A DNA stretch of 64,000 nucleotides from the IMG/VR virus record IMGVR_UViG_3300032007_000009, one strand, 5' to 3'. The notes under the pieces were generated by a model. That model was not told where the DNA came from, did no database searches, and saw nothing but the letters and a program-made list of their open reading frames with translations. Source of the DNA: a virus (lineage: Duplodnaviria; Caudoviricetes). Each line of letters opens with the position of its first letter. Within the stretch, counting starts at the first letter, position 1. The translations under genes were made by a program, and so were the position numbers. This document shows, one piece after another, positions 50,666 to 59,778 of this stretch.

Positions 50666-52311
50666 AAGTATTAATTACAACATCTGGAGTTGGTTCTAAA
50701 TTAGGTTATCTTACTAAGTTTATGAATAAAGCAATGATTAAACTTGGTAAGAAACCAGTTATATCATATATAATAGAACAATATCCAGAAGATTTTGAAT
50801 TTGTAATTTCTTTAGGATATCATGGAGATCATATTAGACAGTTTTTAAAGTTATGTTATCCTGGAAGAAATTTTATATTTATAGAAGTAGATAATTATAA
50901 TGGAGAAGGTTCTTCACAAGCATATTCAATGTTATGTTGTAAAGAATATCTTAATGAACCTTTTATATATAATGATTGTGATACAATTGTAAATAATTTA
51001 GGTTTATACATAAATGATTATAAATTTAAAGATGATTTTATTTGTGGTTATAAAATAGAATCATTAAAGTTTCATACTAATTATGATACATATAATGTAA
51101 GTAATTGGAATCATAATTTAGTATCTGATATGTTTAAAAAAGGAGAAAATACATTACCAACATACGCTTATATTGGTATATGTGGAATTTATGATTATGA
51201 ATATTTTTGGAAATGTGTTAAAGAAGGAATTAATGATAAAAAAATTAAATCTGATTTTGATGTATTTTTAAATTATTATAATCATCAAAGAAATATTATT
51301 AATTATGAAGTTGATAATTGGAAGGATACAGGTAATGTAGATAATATTATTCATTATAGAAATGAAATTGAAGATAATTTAAACATATTAGATAAAAACG
51401 ATCAATCAATTTTTATATTTAAAAATTTTGTTATTAAATTTTTTACTAATAACAATACAGTAAAAAATATTATTAATAGACATAAAGATCTTGGTAATCT
51501 TACACATAAAATAACTGAATACACTACAAATTTTTTTAAATATGATTTTATAAAAGGTGATACTTCCATACATTGGATGAATCCGTATAGATTTAAAAAT
51601 ATGATGTCATATTTTAAAAAGAATAATTTATGGTTAAGTATTAATTTAGAAGACCCAGTATTTTTTGAAGTATATAAGAAAAAATTCTATATTGATAAAA
51701 CAATACAACGTATTGAAATATTTAAAAAAGAATATAACATAAAAGAAGATAAAGATATATTCATAAATGATGTATTAATACCTAAAAAATATACTGTTGA
51801 ATATATGTTATCTATTTTAAGTGAACAAAATGAATATCTTAATTCTAATGCTACATCATGGCATGGTGATTTTACATTAGAAAATATTATTTATAATGAA
51901 GATGAAAATAAATATACATTAATAGATTGTAGAGATAAGTTTGGTGATACAACATTATTTGGTGATAAGTTATATGATTTTGGAAAAATGAATCATAATT
52001 TAACTTTTAATTTTGATAATGCAATAAGTGGAAAATATAATTTAAGTATTAATAATTCTATAATTAGATATTCAATATTAGTTGATTCTGAAGTTTATAA
52101 ATGTAAAGAAACACTAAAAGAATTCTTAAATGAAAATTATCCAGATATTAGATATGATTATATTGAAGCATTATCGGGTTTATGTTGGTTAAATATGTCA
52201 CCATTACACAAGATTGGTAATATGCCTTTGTTATTATTTTATATGGGTAAACTTAAATTATATGAATCAATAAAAAAATTAGAAAAAAAATATGAAGATA
52301 ATTGTAATTAG
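50662..52311 (+). CDS. NTP-transferase fused to APH-like kinase
   Basis: N-terminal 'TSGVGSKL..LT...NKA', 'DCD', 'W.DTGN'; C-terminal 'HGDFTLENII...IDCR..FG...GD.LYD'. Confidence 0.85.
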   Translation: MKVLITTSGVGSKLGYLTKFMNKAMIKLGKKPVISYIIEQYPEDFEFVISLGYHGDHIRQFLKLCYPGRNFIFIEVDNYNGEGSSQAYSMLCCKEYLNEPFIYNDCDTIVNNLGLYINDYKFKDDFICGYKIESLKFHTNYDTYNVSNWNHNLVSDMFKKGENTLPTYAYIGICGIYDYEYFWKCVKEGINDKKIKSDFDVFLNYYNHQRNIINYEVDNWKDTGNVDNIIHYRNEIEDNLNILDKNDQSIFIFKNFVIKFFTNNNTVKNIINRHKDLGNLTHKITEYTTNFFKYDFIKGDTSIHWMNPYRFKNMMSYFKKNNLWLSINLEDPVFFEVYKKKFYIDKTIQRIEIFKKEYNIKEDKDIFINDVLIPKKYTVEYMLSILSEQNEYLNSNATSWHGDFTLENIIYNEDENKYTLIDCRDKFGDTTLFGDKLYDFGKMNHNLTFNFDNAISGKYNLSINNSIIRYSILVDSEVYKCKETLKEFLNENYPDIRYDYIEALSGLCWLNMSPLHKIGNMPLLLFYMGKLKLYESIKKLEKKYEDNCN

Positions 52312-52777
52312 TGATTGTGATGGTTGCTTAACAGACGGTAATTTTATTTATACTGAAGATGGTAAAGTTGCAAAAATTTATGGAGCACATGATAATGATG
52401 GTGTTAAAATTTTAAAACATTTAGGTGTTGATATACAATTTATTTCAGGAGATACTCGAGGATTTAATATAACAAAGAAACGTATTGAAGATATGAAATG
52501 TAATTTGGATAAAGTTACAGAATCAGAACGTTTGGATTATATTAAACAATATGTATATTCAGAAGAATATGATGTTGTTGTATTCTTTGGTGATGGTTAT
52601 CATGATGCAAAAATTAAAGAAGCACTTGGTGAAAGCATTGTATTCATAACACCAAATAATGGTAGATCTGAATGTGCTATATTAGCCGATTATGTTACAG
52701 AATCAGACGGGGGTCATGGAGCCTTTTTAGATTTAGCTTTATATATAAATGATGAATATTTTGTTAAGTATGAGTAA
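52292..52777 (+). CDS. KdsC-like HAD phosphatase
   Basis: 'DCDGCLTDG', 'D..G', 'FGDG..D', 'GG.GA'. Confidence 0.85.
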   Translation: MKIIVISDCDGCLTDGNFIYTEDGKVAKIYGAHDNDGVKILKHLGVDIQFISGDTRGFNITKKRIEDMKCNLDKVTESERLDYIKQYVYSEEYDVVVFFGDGYHDAKIKEALGESIVFITPNNGRSECAILADYVTESDGGHGAFLDLALYINDEYFVKYE

Positions 52778-53477
52778 GCATTCATTAATTATACCGATGT
52801 TAAATACTTCGGAAAAATATATTGATAAAGTACCAATTGAATTTCAGTATGATAATATAATTGGTGAAATGAATTGTATTAAAAGCTTATTAAGTATCGA
52901 TTTATCTCAATTTACAGATATATATTTTGTTATACTTAATAGACACGATATACAATTTAATATTATTGAAAAATTACAAGTTTCCATTAGAAATAATAAA
53001 GAATTTAATGGAAAGAATATTAATATATATAATGTAGATAATCCTACACATTCACAATGTGAAACAGTTTATAATGTTATAAAAAAATTTAACATATCTG
53101 GTCATATAGTTATTAAAGATGCAGATACTTTATATAAATGTAATGAATTTATAACAGGAAATACTGTAATGATTTATTCAATGGAAAATTTAAGTATTGT
53201 AGATCCACAACATAAATCATATATAAAATTGGATGATCAAAAATACATCATAAACATAATTGAAAAACGTATTATAAGTAAATATTTTAGTTGTGGTGGT
53301 TATAGTTTTGAATCTGCAGAAGATTTTGTAAATGCATATGAACATTTATTAGGACTTGAAGACATTAAAAATCATATGTATATATCTCATATAATATATT
53401 ATTTAATGCTTTTTAATAAACTTAAGTTTAAACCTATTGAGGCATTATACTATGAAGATTTTGAAATAAATAAATAA
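52770..53477 (+). CDS. Degenerate NTP-transferase-like protein
   Basis: 'IIPM', 'T.SQCETV', 'IKDAD', 'IEKRIIS..FSCGGY.F'; lacks the G-x-G-x-R loop. Confidence 0.7.
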   Translation: MSKHSLIIPMLNTSEKYIDKVPIEFQYDNIIGEMNCIKSLLSIDLSQFTDIYFVILNRHDIQFNIIEKLQVSIRNNKEFNGKNINIYNVDNPTHSQCETVYNVIKKFNISGHIVIKDADTLYKCNEFITGNTVMIYSMENLSIVDPQHKSYIKLDDQKYIINIIEKRIISKYFSCGGYSFESAEDFVNAYEHLLGLEDIKNHMYISHIIYYLMLFNKLKFKPIEALYYEDFEINK

Positions 53478-53484
53478 TAAGTAA

Positions 53485-54795
53485 ATGAATAAAAATATTG
53501 TAATAGGAAGAATTGGTTTAGCAATTAATTTTCAAAGTTTAATAGAAGGTAAGAAAAATCCAAAATTTTCAGAAATTGTATATCTTTATACAATATTAGC
53601 ACAATATAATCCTGATTTTAATTTTTATTTAATTGGACCAAGTGATTTAAATAAACTTACAGAAGAAGAATATAATACAATATTTCCATATCATAATGTA
53701 CATTCAGCATGGCATAATAAAATAAATAAAACTTATAATTATTATGAAATTACCGATTATTTTAAGAATAATAATATAAATATTGATTTTGCTTTAATGG
53801 AAGTTTGTGGTTCTAACAAATTTTCAATACCTGGATTAGTTCCTAAGAAAAACAATACACCTCGTAGTTTATTATTAGTTCATAAGATGTATATGGGACC
53901 TTATGTATATACATTGAATCATTTAGGATGTCCTGTTTATGTAATGTCAGATGATATTAGAAATGTATTATTAAATTTCTCTGATCTTTATAATAGAGAA
54001 CGATTAGTATTTACACAAACAAATATAGTATTACCTACAGTAGAACATATTCAGTCTGAAACAGATTTTACTATGTCAGTTGATAATATTAATTGTATAT
54101 ATGCAAGAATTGAACGTGCAACTTTAATAGGTTTACCAAGTACATGGAAAAATTCAATTAATATTGATAAAAAACTTAATTCTCCAAATAAATATCATGT
54201 TATGGTTATAAGTAACGGATATGGGACTAAACGAATTAATTCAAATCAAACAGTTAAAGATTTAAGATTCAATGGTTATAATGAATATATAATTGAAAAC
54301 TTTAAAGGTACTCCTTATGAGGAGAGTAAGATATATGGGAAATGGTCAGATGAAATGTTTGAGAAATACCCAGATATATTTGATGATACATTCCCATTTG
54401 TATTATTAAAGAATGAAATAGATCAAGCAAAATATTCACTTGTATATTCTCAACTTGATAATTTTGTAACAATTAAACCTTGGGAATTAATTATACTTGG
54501 TATTATTCCATTTATACATCCTAAGTATGATGAACAAAGATTATTAGGTTTGCCTGAATATGTATATTTAAAAAATCCAGAAGATTTTAAAAATAAAGTT
54601 ATGGAATTAGATGCTAATAAAGATCTATATTTAGATATATTAAATCAATGTTTTGATAGTATTAAAGAAGAAGATTTAAATGGATCATATATAAATAATT
54701 TTATATTTTCAAAAATTGGAGAAAATATGAATTTTAAATATGAACCTAAAAATAATGTTGAATTAAAATTTAAAAGAAAACAGAATTATGAATGA
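53485..54795 (+). CDS. Putative GT-B glycosyltransferase, paralog 1
   Basis: 'IYGKW', 'FVT.KPWE....GIIPF.HP.YD'; context of base-modification locus. Confidence 0.6.
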   Translation: MNKNIVIGRIGLAINFQSLIEGKKNPKFSEIVYLYTILAQYNPDFNFYLIGPSDLNKLTEEEYNTIFPYHNVHSAWHNKINKTYNYYEITDYFKNNNINIDFALMEVCGSNKFSIPGLVPKKNNTPRSLLLVHKMYMGPYVYTLNHLGCPVYVMSDDIRNVLLNFSDLYNRERLVFTQTNIVLPTVEHIQSETDFTMSVDNINCIYARIERATLIGLPSTWKNSINIDKKLNSPNKYHVMVISNGYGTKRINSNQTVKDLRFNGYNEYIIENFKGTPYEESKIYGKWSDEMFEKYPDIFDDTFPFVLLKNEIDQAKYSLVYSQLDNFVTIKPWELIILGIIPFIHPKYDEQRLLGLPEYVYLKNPEDFKNKVMELDANKDLYLDILNQCFDSIKEEDLNGSYINNFIFSKIGENMNFKYEPKNNVELKFKRKQNYE

Positions 54796-56098
54796 ACCTA
54801 AGAATGTATTAATTGGAAAAATTGGAAAAACAATTAAAATTAAGAATATTCATATTGAAACTGGAGGAGGACCAGATCTTTTGATATATAGTAATATGTC
54901 TAGAATGTGTCCTGAATATAATTTTTATTTTATTGGTTCTAATGAATTACATAAATGTACTTCAGAGGAATATGATAAGTTATTTCCTAACCATAATGTA
55001 TTTAGCGCATGGTCACCAGAAGTTAGAAAGAATGATAACTATGAGTTGATTTTAGATTATTTTAAGGAGAGAAACATTAAACCTGATTTTGCAATTATTT
55101 TTGTAGGTTTAGTTGGAAATAACAATATACCTAATTTTATGATGAAGAAAAACGGAAGTGGATTTACAACTCCATTGATGTGTTTTAGAGGTTATTGTGG
55201 TCCAATTATTTATACATTGAATCATACAGGATGTCCATTATATACTCTTGCAGAAGATGCTCGTTATATTACAATAAATGCAAAGGATCTTTATAACAGA
55301 GAAAGAATAATTTTCTCACAGATTAATCAAGATTTTGAAGTTACTTGTGGTCATATAACAAATGAAACAGATCATACATTAGTTAGGTCAGTACATCATG
55401 CAAAATATGCCCATTTGGAAAAGTTATTCTTAATGGGTCTTGATGAACATTGGAAAGATAATATAGATATTGATTATAAGTTCAGTCTAGAAAATAAAGA
55501 AGAACCTGTAATAGTTTTATCTAATGGTTGTGGTACAGGAAAGATTAATTGTTCAGGAAATAATAGTTCTAGATTACCAGAATATAAAAAATATATTATT
55601 GATAATTTCAAAGGTACACCTTACGAAAATACAAAAATATATGGTAGTTGGGATAAAGAAATTTATGATCAATATCCACAGATACAAAACAGAATGATTG
55701 TTGATTTGGGTAAAGAAATCAAGGGAGCAAAGTATATGTTAGTTTATTCTCAGGCACCTGGATTTGTAACATCTAAACCTTGGGAAATGATTATTCTTGG
55801 TATTATGCCATTCTTACATCCAGATTATGATTGTTATAATCTTTTAGGATTTCCAGAATATCTTTATCTTAAAGATGAAAAAGACTTTTTAAATAAGATT
55901 GAAGAATTGGATAAAAATCCACAAATGTATAAAGATCTTATGAAACAACTTCAAAGTTTACTTAAACCTGAATACTTTGATGGATCATTTCTTATTAATG
56001 GAATATTTGGTAATATTGCAAAAGATCTTGGATTTAAGTATGAATTTAAACCAGGAGTTAAATCTATAATGAATAGATACGAAAGCTATAAATTATAA
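54788..56098 (+). CDS. Putative GT-B glycosyltransferase, paralog 2
   Basis: Same length (436 aa) and motifs as paralog 1 ('IYGSW', 'FVTSKPWE...PFLHPDYD'). Confidence 0.6.
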   Translation: MNEPKNVLIGKIGKTIKIKNIHIETGGGPDLLIYSNMSRMCPEYNFYFIGSNELHKCTSEEYDKLFPNHNVFSAWSPEVRKNDNYELILDYFKERNIKPDFAIIFVGLVGNNNIPNFMMKKNGSGFTTPLMCFRGYCGPIIYTLNHTGCPLYTLAEDARYITINAKDLYNRERIIFSQINQDFEVTCGHITNETDHTLVRSVHHAKYAHLEKLFLMGLDEHWKDNIDIDYKFSLENKEEPVIVLSNGCGTGKINCSGNNSSRLPEYKKYIIDNFKGTPYENTKIYGSWDKEIYDQYPQIQNRMIVDLGKEIKGAKYMLVYSQAPGFVTSKPWEMIILGIMPFLHPDYDCYNLLGFPEYLYLKDEKDFLNKIEELDKNPQMYKDLMKQLQSLLKPEYFDGSFLINGIFGNIAKDLGFKYEFKPGVKSIMNRYESYKL

Positions 56099-56122
56099 AA
56101 GAGAGTACTTAGTACTCTCTTT
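56098..56122. terminator. Bidirectional hairpin terminator
   Basis: AAAGAGAGTACT-t-AGTACTCTCTTT. Confidence 0.7.
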
Positions 56123-56579
56123 ATTTCTTTTTTCCATCAAAAAGTAATTCCCATTTTTTATCATCAATATAACCAGATGCCATAGTATCTAATTTAAAAT
56201 ACTTTTTACACTTATCTGCATAATGTTGTAAATGATTTTGATCTGACCAAGAAGCACCATGATTAATAGTTATTAATAAATTAGCATTTTTGTCAAAATA
56301 TACAGTATATCCTGATGTCATAGCATAATCTAACATTGCTACGTTTTTCTTTGATGTTTCATATACATCTTTCCATTCTTTACGTATATTTTTTTCATCA
56401 ACTAATTTTTCTGCATAACGCTCTTGACTCCAAAATTTATCTACCATTTCTTGTGTAACATCTTCATAATCATTAAATGCACAAGTGTTCTTTTTTCTAG
56501 CTTCTCTTTGTTGTTTAATCCATTCTTCTTTTGGAATCCATTTCTTTGCTTCAATTAATAAATCTTTAATATCTTTCAT
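56121..56579 (-). CDS. Putative internal head protein (MKDIKDLLIE)
   Basis: CTS-like leader. Confidence 0.6.
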   Translation of the reverse strand: MKDIKDLLIEAKKWIPKEEWIKQQREARKKNTCAFNDYEDVTQEMVDKFWSQERYAEKLVDEKNIRKEWKDVYETSKKNVAMLDYAMTSGYTVYFDKNANLLITINHGASWSDQNHLQHYADKCKKYFKLDTMASGYIDDKKWELLFDGKKK

Positions 56580-56902
56580 ATGAAATATTTATTTTTTTCT
56601 TTTTTACCAATAACTACTTCGATTATTTGTTTTAGGATATATATATAATCTTTATTTTCAATAGGTTCTAAATCATTATCTACAAAATTTATAAATTCTT
56701 TTAAATTAGTTTCAAATTTAGTACCTTTGATTAATTCTTTAAGTTTATCTATAGAAACTTTATCTCCATTTTGTCTACATTGAACAACAATTTCTATAAA
56801 TTCAGATAATTGTTTTTCATTTCTTTCAAACCATTTATCAAGAAGCCAAAATAAATTATCTGTATCTAATTCTTCAAATATATAATTTCTTAATGATTTC
56901 AT
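56576..56902 (-). CDS. Putative internal head protein (MKSLRNYIFE)
   Basis: CTS-like leader. Confidence 0.6.
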   Translation of the reverse strand: MKSLRNYIFEELDTDNLFWLLDKWFERNEKQLSEFIEIVVQCRQNGDKVSIDKLKELIKGTKFETNLKEFINFVDNDLEPIENKDYIYILKQIIEVVIGKKEKNKYFI

Positions 56903-57288
56903 TCTCTTATTCTTATATATATATGTAATCCGCCATCAGAATCCCAAGCATCTCCTAATTCAATATCATACATATTATTTATAATTTCTTCATCTTCAAA
57001 ATCATCTTCCCATGATTTAATATCATCTTCAGTAACACTTTCTATAGTTTCACCTTCAGTATAAATACCAACCCATTTTACATCAGGACCTAATGTTTTT
57101 AATATTTTTTTATTAATTATATTTTCTTTTAAATTAATAAGTTCTCCAATAAAATCTAGAGAAAATTTACCTTTAAAACATCTATCTATTAATTTGTTTA
57201 AAGTATTAATACAACTCCATTCTTTACTTATTTTTGTATTCTTATTAATACGAAGTCCTTCTTTTATATAATTTGTAATTTGTTTCAT
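56899..57288 (-). CDS. Putative internal head protein (MKQITNYIKEGLRINK), acidic body
   Basis: Shares its leader with the DUF285 paralogs but not the repeats. Confidence 0.6.
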   Translation of the reverse strand: MKQITNYIKEGLRINKNTKISKEWSCINTLNKLIDRCFKGKFSLDFIGELINLKENIINKKILKTLGPDVKWVGIYTEGETIESVTEDDIKSWEDDFEDEEIINNMYDIELGDAWDSDGGLHIYIRIRE

Positions 57289-57291
57289 AAT

Positions 57292-57930
57292 TTATATAAT
57301 AACTTTGTCTGCCCATGAATTAACACCCCATGATTTAATTGTTGATGTTACTTTATTTAGACCCCATTTTTTAATATTTAAAATAAGTTTTTTACATCCA
57401 TAAAACATATTTTGACAATCATCTAAATTACTAATATTCCAATCAGATATATCTCCTACAGATTTAACACAATTACATGCGTTAAACATATAAGTCGTGG
57501 TTTTCAAATTTTTAGTATTCCATTTTGATAAATCTAATTTTTCTAAAGATGAACAAGATTGAAACATACCAAACATTGTTTCAACATTACTAACATTCCA
57601 ATCAGATATACCTTCTAATGTTTTAATTCCTGGCATTTCATGAAACATTTTTGACATATTAGTTACATTACTTACATCCCAAGAATCTAATCCTATTATT
57701 TCTTTTACTTTATATTTAGTAAATCTATCATTATTAAAATTAAATAAATTATTCATATTAGTCATTTTAGAAGTATCTATATTTGATAAATCTAAAATTT
57801 CATGATTATTTTTATATCTTTCTTCTATTATTTTTCTAAGGTCTTCAATAGATTCAGGACATAATTTATTTATTTTAATATTTTTATTAATACGTAGTCC
57901 TTCTTGTATATATGATGTTATTTGTTTCAT
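57292..57930 (-). CDS. DUF285 (BspA-like) repeat protein with CTS-like leader
   Basis: 'WDVSNVTNMSKMF' repeats. Confidence 0.85.
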   Translation of the reverse strand: MKQITSYIQEGLRINKNIKINKLCPESIEDLRKIIEERYKNNHEILDLSNIDTSKMTNMNNLFNFNNDRFTKYKVKEIIGLDSWDVSNVTNMSKMFHEMPGIKTLEGISDWNVSNVETMFGMFQSCSSLEKLDLSKWNTKNLKTTTYMFNACNCVKSVGDISDWNISNLDDCQNMFYGCKKLILNIKKWGLNKVTSTIKSWGVNSWADKVII

Positions 57931-57946
57931 ATTATATTAAAAGCAT

Positions 57947-58498
57947 TTATTCTTTATACCATGATGGTAGTGTCTTTAAAGATGTACATTCATCAAACAT
58001 GAAAAACATATCTTTTACATTACTAACATCCCATTTAGAAAAGTCACAGTCTAATGTCTGACACATCCTGAACATCCACGGCATTCTTTTTACATTTGAC
58101 ACATCCCAGTTTGATAAATCTGCGTTGAAGTTCTTACATCCGTTGAACATACTAGACATGTCTTCAACTTTACTAACATTCCAGTTTGATAAGTCAGAAT
58201 TGAACTTACTACAATTATAGAACATGTCTTTCATATTAGTGACATTTGACACATCCCACTTGTCAATCTTTATATTACGTGGTTTAAAACCGAGAAACAA
58301 TACAGACATATCTGTGATCTTTGATACATCAATATCATTAAGGTCTGCATCAGGATCTTTCTTGATACGCTCTTTCAGCATCTTACGTAGTTCATCTTTA
58401 GTATTCGGATGTTCAGTATACTTATTATATTTGAATTTTGAAGCAGTATTTTTATTAATACGGAGTCCTTCTTGTATATATGATGTTATTTGTTTCAT
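57947..58498 (-). CDS. DUF285 repeat protein with CTS-like leader
   Basis: 'FNSDLSNWNVSKVEDMSSMF' repeats. Confidence 0.9.
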   Translation of the reverse strand: MKQITSYIQEGLRINKNTASKFKYNKYTEHPNTKDELRKMLKERIKKDPDADLNDIDVSKITDMSVLFLGFKPRNIKIDKWDVSNVTNMKDMFYNCSKFNSDLSNWNVSKVEDMSSMFNGCKNFNADLSNWDVSNVKRMPWMFRMCQTLDCDFSKWDVSNVKDMFFMFDECTSLKTLPSWYKE

Positions 58499-58543
58499 AT
58501 TATATTAATCTTTATATATGTTGTCTATCATCAATTAAAACAT

Positions 58544-59164
58544 TTATGCTTTGTACCATGATGGGAGTGTTTTTAAAGATGTGCATTTATCAAACATTTC
58601 ACGCATGTCTTTTACATTACTGACATCCCAGTTTGATAAGTCAGAATTGAAATTATTGCAATCATAAAACATTGCGGCCATGTCTTCAACTTTGCTCACG
58701 TCCCATTTAGATATGTCACAGTTAAATTCATGGCATCTACGGAACATACTAGACATGTCTTCAACTTTGCTTACATCCCAGTTTGATAAGTCAGAATTGA
58801 ACTTAGTACATCCACGGAACATCTTGTTCATATCCTCAACTTTGCTAACATCCCATTTAGAAAGGTCTGCATTAAAGTCACCGCAATTATAGAACATGCC
58901 GTTCATGCTAGTGACATTTGACACATCCCACTGGTCAATCTTGATGTTGCCTGGTGTTGAGCACATGAACAATACAGACATATCTGTGATTCTTGATACA
59001 TCAATGTCATTAAGGTCTGCATCAGGGGTTTCCTTTAGACGTTTTTTCAGTATCTCTTGTAGTTCATCTCTTGTAGATGGATATTCAGTATTATATTTGA
59101 ATTTTGAAGCAGTATCTTTATTAATACGCAGTCCTTCTTGTATATATGATGTTATTTGTTTCAT
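58544..59164 (-). CDS. DUF285 repeat protein with CTS-like leader
   Basis: 'FNSDLSNWDVSKVEDM' repeats; one more repeat than its neighbour. Confidence 0.9.
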   Translation of the reverse strand: MKQITSYIQEGLRINKDTASKFKYNTEYPSTRDELQEILKKRLKETPDADLNDIDVSRITDMSVLFMCSTPGNIKIDQWDVSNVTSMNGMFYNCGDFNADLSKWDVSKVEDMNKMFRGCTKFNSDLSNWDVSKVEDMSSMFRRCHEFNCDISKWDVSKVEDMAAMFYDCNNFNSDLSNWDVSNVKDMREMFDKCTSLKTLPSWYKA

Positions 59165-59175
59165 AACTATATAAC

Positions 59176-59778
59176 TTATACTTTATATACTAATATTTCT
59201 TTATTATCAGATGATGTTTTAAAACCAAGTTTAATAAAAATAGATTTCATTTTAGGGTGTATTGGTTTTATTGTTATTCCTTTATAATTTCCAAGTTTAG
59301 GTATAATTTTAATAAAATCATTTAATATTGCTTTATTTAAATCTCCAGAATTATTAACAATTAATGATGATTCAATTCCTATTAAATTAATATAGTTTTC
59401 AATATATGTTATATTTTTATCATATAAACATAAACCAACAAAATAAACATTTTGGTCAGATTGATACCAATACGGATAACAATCAGGTTTGTATTCTTTA
59501 TCATTATCAATTAAATATTGTTTAGGAATTCTAAACATTTGATTAGTAACTGTAAAACCTAAATGTTTATCTGCAAGTATTTTTTTAAATACTGGATCAT
59601 TTGAATAATTATCATATAAAAATTCTTTTTCTGGTTTATTTAATTTTTCAATATCAACTTCAATTGGTTGAACTTTATTATCTTTTACCAATTGTTGTTG
59701 ATTATTATATACATCCTTTAACCATTTTTGAATTTTTTGATCTAACTGTTCATAAATATATGTTATTAAACTTTTCAT
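59176..59778 (-). CDS. Putative internal head protein (MKSLITYIYE), possible GNAT fold
   Basis: CTS-like leader; C-terminal 'GITIKP..PKMKSIFIKLGF'. Confidence 0.5.
   Translation of the reverse strand: MKSLITYIYEQLDQKIQKWLKDVYNNQQQLVKDNKVQPIEVDIEKLNKPEKEFLYDNYSNDPVFKKILADKHLGFTVTNQMFRIPKQYLIDNDKEYKPDCYPYWYQSDQNVYFVGLCLYDKNITYIENYINLIGIESSLIVNNSGDLNKAILNDFIKIIPKLGNYKGITIKPIHPKMKSIFIKLGFKTSSDNKEILVYKV

Noticed and set aside
45576-53477. Captured host capsule/LPS operon
   Set aside because: No flippase, polymerase or membrane proteins; flanked by the dCMP modifier and DNA-type transferases. Not fully excluded
57245-59164. CRISPR array or DGR TR/VR pair among the repeats
   Set aside because: Repeats are in-frame coding leaders and DUF285 units; there are no unique spacers and differences are not A-specific
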